Shown here: positions 25,351-35,174 of the stretch, in pieces
Numbering within the stretch: position 1 is the stretch's first letter
Layout: every line of letters starts with the position of its first letter
Origin: Bigelowiella natans CCMP2755
Lineage: Eukaryota > Protista > Cercozoa
Assembly: GCA_000320545.1 (NCBI GenBank)
Contig: ADNK01002149.1
Location: 1-35,174, forward strand
Direction of reading: 5' to 3'
DNA length: 35,174 nucleotides
The notes under the pieces: model-generated
Told to the model about the DNA's origin: nothing
Databases searched by the model: none
Seen by the model: only the letters and a program-made list of their open reading frames with translations
Program-made: the position numbers and the translations under genes

Positions 25351-26339
25351 ATGGTGGAATTTCTTGTCGAGTACGCTAAGAGCGGACGCTCCAAATGCAA
25401 AGCCACGAAGACGACAATCTCGAAGGTTGATCGGACAATAGCCTTCGATTCAATGGAAATCATAACTGCAACAATTTTCATACATTGCGCACGAGGGGGG
25501 GAGGGCTAGTCTTGAGTAGACCACTTTAAATGTGTCATAGCGGATGTTTGTTCTCACCTTACCTGAGACAATGACTAAGGTTGGTTCACTTGCCTACATG
25601 CGTGTGGTGTGTGCATGTATGTGTTTAATTTTCAGGGAGAAGTTCGAATAGGAAAGGTGACTGAGAGCCCTTTCGGAGATGGAGACATGACTACTTGGTA
25701 AGACCGATGAATCAGATAGCAAGAAGTCGGCCAGTAACACGATATCTCAGGTTCTCTATCGACGGGTTTGTTATCGCAAATGCGCGCGCAAGAAAGCACA
25801 CTCTTGAGAGTGTCGACGATCTCATAGGCTTTGACGATCTCAAGGTGATGCATGTCTTGACTAATATTCGAACCTAGGTTCTAATTCCCAATGTGCTTCT
25901 TATCTCCTCTTAGAAGAAGGATCAAAAGTACGTACGGGAGACTTTAAAAGGCGGCGGAGGTGGGAAAAAGGCTACATCTTCTTCAAAGACGGGAAAGCGC
26001 AAAGGAAGTTCAAAAAAGAGCAAGCCAGCCAAAAAGGCAAAGACATCCAGCTCAGGAAAGGGAGGCATATCTGGCAAAGCAATATGCGTGACAGGAAAAA
26101 TAACTGGAATGACCCGAGCTGTTGTTCAAGCAAAGGTATTAGCATTCTTGATGATCATCCCCGGTTTCTCATCGCACTAATCACTATCAGATATTGGGTA
26201 TGGGAGGTATCGTAAAAAAATCGGTCACGAAATCAGTGGATATTCTCGTTGCTGGGCCGGGTTCAGGGTACATATTTTTGCAACAAAAGCTTTCTTATTA
26301 TTTCCTATTTATTATATTATCTTTCTTCCTCTCTCTCTC

Positions 26340-26434
<95 letters not shown>

Positions 26435-27871
26435 AACCTCCCGCTGTTTCCATCTTCTTCCCCCCCCTAAGCTCCAAACTGGACCTCGCTGAAGCTTACG
26501 GCATTGAAGTATGGAACGAAGATAAACTCTTCGCTGCGCTTGGAATATCATCCGAATCCAAAGAAATGGTCTGCTAGTGTTGCAATTTAAAAACCGAGAT
26601 AAACCATAAAATGACATTCCACCGTAGGAAGAAAGCGATGAAGACGACGAAGAGGAGGAAGAGGATGAGGAAAAATTAGAGGAAGATGGATCTATAAAGG
26701 GAAAAACAGTTTGCATCACGGGGAAGATTACGGGAATGACCCGTAAGGAAGCGGAGCGGGAGGTACAACTACTGGTGGAAGATTGCCATTTTTGGAAAAT
26801 AATGAGCTTATTGAAGCAGACCGTCAGCAGTAACAGCGCTACAAGAGCAGGATAGATAAACTAAATATTCTACTTCTCCTTCTGCTGCTTCTGTTTCAAG
26901 ATTAAGAAATTAGGCGGAATTCCGAAGAGCTCGATAACCAAGTCTCTTGATATCCTCGTAGCTGGCAAGGATACCGGGTAATTAGGAGAAGAGAAGAAAA
27001 TGCCTGCACACCCATTTCACAATCTGCTGCCTCACACTTTTAATTTAACCCGCGCCTGATATAATTTCGATTTCTCAAAGATCCAAGCTCGACCTGGCAA
27101 AGGCGTATAAAATCAAAATATGGGACGAGGACACCTTCTTCATTGCAGCTGGCCTAAAGTCCGCAGGGGGGAAGGAGAAGGTGAGCACCCACAATTTCTT
27201 CTGAATTGAGATTACAGAAATTTTGTCTGAGCGAGATTCGAATAATTAAGGATGATGCAGACGAGGAGGAAGCAGACGATGAAGAGGAGGTTTTACACGG
27301 AAAATATGTTGTAATGATCTGTTATATGCATCATCATCAGTATCATTATCGTGGTCATCGTCGATGATCATCATCATCCCGAAATGGTTGACATAAGTTT
27401 AAGGAATAAAATTAACATGGACAAATGGCACCTAGGCAATGGAGGAAGATGAGGATGAGGATGAAGATGAAGACCCGGAAGGTATGCTACAATTGATATA
27501 ATTAGTTTGCTCGTACCTAAACTGAATGATTGCTCGTGTTTACGAATGTCCATTTTAGATGTCGATTTAAAGGGAATTGCCATGGCTTACATGGAGAAAG
27601 CTGGAAAATTCTGGGAGATCCGTATCGAGAAGAAGACGACGTATGTTGCCGCATGTTGTGTAATTCCTTGCCTTTTTACTCCACGAGAAAATATACAAGA
27701 ATACTTCCGGATGTTAACAACTACTTTATTTTGCAAAGATATGTTCACTCTGGAGCGGTTGGGTCACCAGGGGCGACAGTGATAAAATCTCATCCATCTG
27801 AATCTAAAGCTAAATCGTGGGTTAACAAACAAATCTCGTCTAAGAAAAAGAAGGGTTTCGTGGACGCTTAA
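25351..27871 (+). CDS. PARP-like DNA-damage scaffold: zf-PARP-like finger + two ligase/RFC1-type BRCT domains + WGR domain, no ADP-ribosyltransferase domain
   Basis: Finger: MVEFLVEYAKSGRSKCKATKTTISK|GEVRIGKVTESPFGDGDMTTW|FS...GFDDLK|KKDQ. BRCT1: GKAICVTGKITGMTR...SVTKSVDILVAGPGSG|SKLDLAEAYGIEVWNED. BRCT2: GKTVCITGKITGMTRKEAE...SITKSLDILVAG...KIWDED. Acidic linkers. WGR-like: KFWEIRIE...GAVGSPG...AKSWVNKQISSKKKKGF. Stop TAA 27869-27871. Confidence 0.88.
26329..26431. repeat. ~100 bp imperfect (CT)n microsatellite in an intron of the PARP-like gene
   Basis: Directly visible (CT)n run. Confidence 0.95.
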
Positions 27872-28147
27872 TTGGTCTAGTGGTACTCGATAGCATGCAT
27901 GATCTAGACCATGGAGCGCATGTTGATATACTTGCGATGCTTTAATTTGTAATGCCGGGCTAAATAGAAATAAAGTTGCTCATGCAATTAATGACAATGA
28001 TGGAGCACGTGCGCTTGTGAAGCAAAGACTAATGAAAACATAGAGCCACCGCTAGAACACATGAGACAGTATGGTGTCATGAAGTGATTAAATTCTTTCA
28101 ATTGTCATCCTAATGCAGCGCGGCTCTTGTCACAGCGCTGGTACACA

Positions 28148-28178
<31 letters not shown>

Positions 28179-28744
28179 TACACACACTACACACACATGC
28201 ATGCATGTGCACATGTGCATGCATGTATACATGCATAGAGAGAGAGAGAGAGAGAAAGGGGGGGGGGGGGCAGTAGTGTGACGTACTCCTAATATTATTA
28301 TGCAACCTAGCTTAGCGCTGCATTCTAGCAATGCTACTTCTTTCTATCGTCGGTGCATAGATTCACTGTTCTGTGATGCAGGTTGCGCGACCTAGTGCTC
28401 AGCATACTAATAACGCACGCAATGGCATATATATAGACAGAAATGTGTAGCTAGGTATGCTTGGCGAGGCACTACCGAGGCTTCTACCGTACAATGTAAA
28501 AAAATCGGTGAGGATAAATTTTACTTCGATGCATTGATGCATTCTCTGAGTGCTGGTAATTATTTATTTTTGCGTATCTTTAGTAGTACAGTTTCAACAT
28601 CTACATCCCAACCACAACTACTTTTGACCTCCTCACACTGGTCGAACAACGCTACGACTGACTGGTGCTTCATGCATAAAGAATTCAAAACTTCTAAATG
28701 CTACGCACCTTCACTTCCTTCGAGCACACTAATACTGTTAGTAA

Positions 28745-29397
28745 TTACGAAGCCTCTGTTGCTTCCTCCTTACTGGGCTCTTCTGTCGTAGGTTTTTGGA
28801 TGATCTCTATGATCATTTTCTTTTTAATTTGCGTGCTAGATGGCACCATGGTTGTCATGGTTTGAATCTTAGTGATCTCACAGTTCATACTGTGTACAAG
28901 TAACTGAGAAAGATCCACGGTTGGCATTATCGCCATACCAAGAGCCTGCAGCACTACTTTATCGTGGGTTTCAAATAATTTTTTAATTCTTCTCCGATAC
29001 TGGCTCACTGGTCTTTTCCTGGAACTCGACACATAGATTATGTTGCTCTCCTTTTTTTCCTTCCCGTCCTCGACTGCGCCGTCCCCATTCGCGCTACCCT
29101 CCTTTTCGTTCGCAACAGGCTTTTCTACATCATCGGCCTTAACCTCCTCTTCCTAAATAAATGTTCGAAAGTTCAGTGTTTCTGATATTTTATCAGGTTG
29201 GATTCCGGCTGAGAGCTGCAAAAATCGTTTACATTTATTCAGTTTCTAGGAATGCGTGCTCGTTTCTCTTTTTTCGAAATGGTGAGCCACTTCGAATCAT
29301 AGAGGACTAAAGGATGCAATGAAAATTCGTGCCATCGTGCTCAGCCTCGAGGCACCTGAGGTTGCTCCGGCTGTTGTTGGGGCTCGTCCTGCGGCAT
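28745..29397 (-). CDS. Alba-family DNA/RNA-binding protein (Rpp20/Pop7-like possible)
   Basis: Exon 1 MPQDEPQQQPEQPQ (29397-29356, GT donor). Exon 2 from 29152: acidic leader, then NIIYVSSSRKRPVSQYRRRIKKLFETHDKVVLQALGMAIMPTVDLSQ...MIIEII, matching the Alba pattern (IxV..K..Y; V.L.ALG.AI..V). Confidence 0.75.
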
Positions 29398-29686
29398 TCC
29401 TGTGGATGAGATGTGCTATGGGGTAAATGCGAAGAATCACAATATGAATCGAATATGACCTATGTTCGAGATATGCGACATAAAAGTAGTATTCAATTTG
29501 AACAAAAATCTCATATTGATATCCCGCTTCATCCTTGTGATTGAGAATTGGATCAATGCGTGTCCGTGAATCGGGGGAAATCAGCATTAGCGACAAGCAT
29601 ATTTCCGTCGAATTATAAGTCATGCGGGAATCTATTGAGAGTCTCACGAGAGTCTCTTCAGGGAAAACAGCTTCGCGCCAAAACAC
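29398..29686. promoter_or_regulatory. Putative bidirectional promoter (Alba / RNase H2A)
   Basis: Only 289 bp between divergent start codons. Inferred from gene arrangement only. Confidence 0.45.
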
Positions 29687-31024
29687 ATGAGCACGATGGA
29701 AGGCGAGGAGATGAAAGGCTGCGAAGGTAAATAATACGGGCCAGTCGAATTTTAGTGTACGCTGAAATGTATTCCATTTTCCCTCAGATACCAACACAAC
29801 TAGTGCGATGAAGCAGGAAGAAGAAGAAGCTATAAGTCGCAGTGATCCTCATATTCTAGGAATCGATGAAGCTGGGCGTGGGCCAGTTCTAGGTCCTTTG
29901 GTGTATGGAATCTGCTATTGCCCAAAGAAAATGCAAGAGCTTTTGAAGACTCTGGGCTTTGCTGGTAATCTGCATGAAAATTGAGCCTATATGCTCCTTG
30001 CTATTCTAAGGGAGATGAAAATTTGGTTGATGAATGTATGTATGCGCTAGTAAATGTGTGTGTGTATGTGTGTGCGTGTGTGTGAGAGAATTTCGTAAGC
30101 CAACGAACGAATGGTTGCTTGCAGACTCCAAAGTACTTTCAGAAGAGCAGCGCGAGAAGCTCTTCGCCCTCATAAAAGCAACAAAAGCTTTAGGGTGGAA
30201 GGTAGACGTTATATCCCCGGAGGAGATATCAGACGTCATGCTTAGGCCGCAAAAACAGAGTCTGAACCAACTATCTCATAATTCTGCAATGAGCCTTGTG
30301 CGCCAGGCCCTCGATGAGGGCGTCAACGTCACAGAGGTGCTTCCAGACTAATGCTAAAGCTATGTTTTGCATCTACATATGCACGCCTTAATTAGACACT
30401 TTTTGATATCAAAGGTGTTCGTTGACACCGTCGGCCCTCCCGATTCTTATAGAGCAAAGCTTGAGCGAAACTTTCCTGGCATAGAATTTACAGTCACGTC
30501 AAAAGCTGACAGTAAGTTTCCTATTGTAAGTGCCGCAAGTATCTGCGCAAAGGTGAGCAAGCTTTTCCTCCTTTCCGTATCCATAGCCTCCTCGACTTAC
30601 ACTGGGTTCCCCATCGTACCACTCATCAGGTGGTGCGAGATCATGCTCTTGATGGCTGGACCTACATAGAAGAGGAAAAGCCAAACAACGACTTCGGTTG
30701 TGGATATCCAGGGGATGAGAATACAAAAAGATGGCTGAAAGAAAACTTCGACCCTGTATTCGGATTTCCCTCCCTCGTGCGATTCTCGTGGTCTACAGCC
30801 AGAAATATTGTGGAGGAGAAGGGACATGCTGTCGACTGGTACATTATATTCAGTGCGTTTAAGATGATAGACAAATCGATTTACCTTTTTTACTTAGGGG
30901 GAACGATCAAGAACAACCTTCGGTGACGAGCTACTTCAGCTCTAAAGCTTCTTCAGGTCCCAAGTTGAAGGACAGATTTCGTTATTTTCAACGCAAGCAA
31001 GCAGAGCTCGTCACAACCTTCTAG
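29687..31024 (+). CDS. RNASEH2A: Ribonuclease H2 catalytic subunit A
   Basis: [17 protein letters not shown] (~29860); ADSKVL; SLNQLSH; VFVDTVG; [18 protein letters not shown]; [14 protein letters not shown]; [14 protein letters not shown]. Six exons with GT-AG introns; TAG at 31022-31024. Confidence 0.96.
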
Positions 31025-31650
31025 CGTAGCCGCTTATCTTTGTCGCTAGGAAGAAGAATCGAAACAATATCATTTCGATGCTGCAAATGTAGTCAACAAG
31101 TGACCGTATCATCGGGGCCAAATTTCGATATCGTATATAATGCAGCTCCCGCACTCGCATCACATGTACACCAGTGAGTCGTCCATATAGATCATAAAAT
31201 ACCCATGACAAACCTCCTCCACACGCGCACCTTCGAATGGCCTGCGAATATCTAAGCATGCACGCGATGTTGGCTCAACTGCTTGACTGCTCATGCCCGC
31301 ACTTCTAGACGTACAATCTAGCTAGACAGACAGATCATCATTGTTTAATTCGAGTCCGGACTTGCAAGCGTTGCGATGCGCATCGCTAGATCGTAGCAGT
31401 GCCAAACAACTGCCTTGATACATAAATGCAAGTTTCATGCATAGCTAGATCTAGAGATGTGGCGCTACAATACTTCGTTACAAGCATTTTAGCACCTCAT
31501 CTTCATAAACTTAAATTCTTACATTGTATTCACTATATACTTTTCAACTTCATTAGTCGTAGATCATTTGTTGTTCATATGCATGCTGTGTACATTCCAG
31601 CAAAGCTAGAAAGGAAGCAGTAAGTTACGCTCGGAGGCGCGCATGCTTTC

Positions 31651-32342
31651 TTATGAAATTTTCTTATCCTTACGCTTTGCCAGCTCTATCAGGAGCCTGC
31701 GTAGTTGCATATCAACCGTCATTCTAAGCTTCCCTCCTCATGAAAACTCGGCGCGTGCACGAGCGAGACATGGATTGAAATATAATAGTTTATAATTAGT
31801 CACCTTGGCGTGCGCAAGATCTTTGTGAGCTGTCTAAATAACTCTTCCTCGAGCTCCAACTGGCCTGAATTATCGTTCATTCGCAATGTTTAATAAGATA
31901 CATATAGACTAAGATGTCTCTCCTCTGATTCGAATCACCTGTACTCCTTGCGATGAAGACCGACTCGCAATACTTTAGTAGTACGGTGGCGTCCTGCAAG
32001 TGCTTGTACCTGTAAAAAATGACGTAGAAGAGAGATGTTTTCAGCATCACTACTTTTTCACGTCGTTAGAGCGGGGAACATTGCTCCTGTAGTTGCTAGC
32101 AACGAATTTTAACAAAAAGTTCTACAATATGTATATTATTTAATTTATATAATCTCTTATGACATGATGCTTTGTGTTTGGCCAGAAAACTGGAGGCGCA
32201 CGAGGTTGCCGATGGTCACAATCACGGTGATGTATATTCCGATCTAATCAAAGAAAAGGGAAGGGGGAACAACAGTGATGTTTACGTGTAAATAAGTAGC
32301 ATTTAAGATATAATTTAATGTTTGACTCTTTTCACTTTCCGA

Positions 32343-32382
<40 letters not shown>

Positions 32383-32898
32383 GCGTGCGTGTGTGCGTGT
32401 TAGATATCTCTCAGTCGCATTCACTAATTGTTGTTGTTGTTGTTACCACACTGTAGCCCGACAGTGCAAGAGAGGCCGGGAAGACCTGAAAATATAGTGG
32501 TTATGGATTGTTGCAGTTGAAGGCGTAACTGCCCAATGTTTCCCCCTCATATTCAATATATTCCAAATCTGCCTCCCCCCCTCTAACTTCACACACACAC
32601 ACACACACACACGCACACACACAAACACAAACACAAACCTCGTTCGAAACGGATACGATGCCGATGCCTCTGGCTGGGGCAGAAGCGGGCTCATTGCTCC
32701 GATCTTCAAAACTTCCTCCGAAGGCGGTTTCATGCCCTTCGCCCCCCACACGCCAGTAGATAGTGCCCCCACCTCCATACATTCCATGCGACGGCTTTTT
32801 AAGGTCAAGATATATGCCGAGACGTGTCGAGACCAGCTCCTGATATTTTTATGAACGAATTTCATAATTTATGCAATATATACATAAATACTACATAA

Positions 32899-32938
<40 letters not shown>

Positions 32939-35104
32939 ATATTATAAAATGATTCTGATACTGCCCCCCCCCCCCTCCCCCCGTCCAACCATTAACCTTA
33001 GCTCCCCCTGTCGCTGGAAGCCTCATCAGCGTTGGGACCACCTGAGTGTTGTTATGTTTTCTGTTTAGTGTTGTTGAAGATCATGTGCGTTCTTTCTTCG
33101 AGGGGTATCGGAGTTTGAATGCATTCGTGTTTAGTGCAGCTCCTCTCTCCTCCTCCTCCTCCTTCTTCTTTTCCCAATTTTCTACAGTGCCACTAAAGGG
33201 GTGATGATTATCACAAATATGCGGTGCACACAGGCGCTGCTACCGAGGATATATAAACGCCACTGTTGGCGGTGCCGTTCTGCTGAGCTAGGGAATCAGC
33301 ATCTGACGAGTTTGAAGTCGCCAAAATATTGGTGTTTGTCTCGAGTAAGCTTGCGAGTTTCGCCTGCTCTGATTGTGTCAAAATCTTGACGCTCGAGTAC
33401 TAAATGACAAAGAAAGTTTCGGTTATGTAAGCCAGCGACATCTGCAACTTAATATTCGCACGAGTCTCACAGAAGAGAGAAGAGGGGGGGGGGGTCGGCG
33501 GCATGATATTGACACCATGTAGCTTAAGAGAGAGAGAGAGAGAGGGAGAGAGAATCCTGCCCTCTGTTTGTATATCTACGATATAGCGAATTGATGGAAA
33601 ACGCACGTGAATCTCCTTGTTCTCTGGTGGTCCTGGGCGCTCAAACGTCACCTGGGAGCAAATACCGACGAGGACGCATAGTTCAGTACATTGGGAGGCA
33701 CGTAGGAAGAAGAGAGAAATGGCCGGTTTCCAAGGAGTGAATGCCCTCGTGTGGAGAAATAACACATTACGGACTATGTCGCAAATCACAAATAAGAGAT
33801 GGCGTTCACCTCCAACGCTATGGAGGTCATCTGCTTTGGGTCTTTCAAAGTCGCCGTGAGGTCGGCCACGACGGGCGGCGTGAGCGAAAACACGTTGTCG
33901 GCAAACTCAGAAAAGTGAATCTCTTGCACTGTGTTGCAAGCGTCATCAGTATCTGCGCACAGGAGAAGGGGGGGTGGGGGGGGGGGAATAGGAGATGATG
34001 ATGATAATGATAGTATAAGAAGCATCTATCGATGGTAATATGACCGATAACTTGTGATTCTCGAAGATGATTGTAGAGATCCAAAGGCGCCACACGAATG
34101 AATCTACCGACGTAGACGAAGACGAACAATTAGGCCTCAGCAGCAATGGCTTGCTGGGACAACAACACCGCCAACACCACATTCTAATGATGACCATTGT
34201 CACGAGTTATTTCAACAAGTTCTGACTGCATCCTAAAAACCGTCGATGATCTTCGTCTCCTACCACGCGGCGTGGCGACGCATAAGGACTAAGATCATCG
34301 TCGATTGTGCTGAGATTCAACTGTTCCAAGACTGCGAACGACTTGTTAAATTTGTCCCACGTTACGCACACGGCAAAACTCACGAAAGGAGGCAGCATGA
34401 ACAGGAAACCGTACTTCGTGTTGGAGATCTGCACGAGCTTGAAGCCCCCATTTGCTGACTAAAGTGCCACGCAACAACGCCGAATGAAAATAAGGAGAAT
34501 GGGAAGAGAAGGAAACTTAGAGTGCTCTGAGGAGGCGGCGGCACGCACAGATATCTCACCACTTGCTCTCAAGCTTGAAGCAATGATATGGGTATAAATA
34601 TATGTGTGTGTGTGCGTGTGTGTGTGTGTGTGCGCGCGCGCGCGCGTTTGTGTGCACGATATTGAACAACGTCGTCACAGCGCGTCCAAATCTCCTCTCA
34701 ATCCACTCACCAAAATCGATATAGACAGTACGGCCGTGTGCACGTTGTTGTTCTCCGTGACAGGGTTAGCAGTGGAAAACAGCAGCAAAGGACCGAACAG
34801 TATCTGCGGAGGCGGAGGAAGGGATTAAGACAATGAAGGAGGAGGAGGACCGTGAATGAAAGAAACATGAAGCTAAATACGAAGAGATTTCTGTTTGATT
34901 TTTTGATTTTTTCTTCTACTGCCGCTACTTGGTGTTGGTAGCTACTACCACTACTACTACTACTACTATTACTCCTACTCCTTGTACTCACTAACCAGCA
35001 AGAGCACGAGGAGAAGCAATACACCCTGGGTGAACTGTAAGTAATGTATCACCAAGATTAGGGCAAACCAAGGCCTTTTATAATTGACATATGTATATAT
35101 TGCT

Positions 35105-35146
<42 letters not shown>

Positions 35147-35174
35147 AAACAGACACACAAGGGTTGGTATCGTC
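31651..35174 (-). CDS. PIEZO: Piezo-type mechanosensitive ion channel, C-terminal part (outer helix, cap, inner helix, CTD); gene continues beyond the window
   Basis: Outer helix FTQGVLLLLVLLL|ILFGPLLLFSTANP (35034-34707). Inner helix LSGYSV|IGIYITVIVTIGNLVR. CTD SIM|YKHLQDATVLLKYCESVFIARST|GQLELEEELFRQLTKILRTPR|LLIELAK, colinear with the Piezo1 C-terminus (GYGIMGLYVSIVLVIGKFVR...ELELEEELYAKLIFLYRSP). TAA at 31651-31653. Confidence 0.92.

Noticed and set aside
24990-25379. 129-aa ORF containing MPPREKSWKQ upstream of the PARP-like gene
   Set aside because: Out of frame with the zinc-finger exon, which has its own ATG at 25351; it lies in the divergent promoter region.
29297-29797. 166-aa minus-strand ORF
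   Set aside because: Spans the Alba/RNase H2A promoter, off-frame to Alba exon 1 and antisense to RNase H2A exon 1; no motifs.

Overview
Eukaryotic nuclear DNA with compact, intron-rich genes and many microsatellites. The ORF track is mostly misleading here, so genes were reconstructed by hand from GT-AG spliced exons. A protease with signal peptide + transit-like peptide + twin-arginine signal points to an alga with a complex (secondary) plastid; a chlorarachniophyte-like organism is my inference, not proven. Gene order: (1) 3' part of a spliced YqaJ/lambda-exonuclease-family gene (+); (2) a ~3.6 kb unit with an intronless GT-A-type glycosyltransferase-like ORF, flanked by ~170-220 bp tandem repeats whose left and right arrays look like degenerate inverted copies of each other (candidate cargo-carrying non-autonomous DNA transposon); (3) a ~13 kb gene for a PUB-domain + USP40/47-like deubiquitinase (+); (4) thylakoid-lumen Deg/HtrA protease (-); (5) a PARP-like protein with zf-PARP, 2x BRCT and WGR domains but no catalytic domain (+); (6) an Alba-family protein (-); (7) RNase H2 subunit A (+); (8) the C-terminal pore module of a Piezo channel (-), in which the conserved MFEE motif reads MYKH. 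Exon boundaries were assigned by eye and need RNA-seq confirmation.
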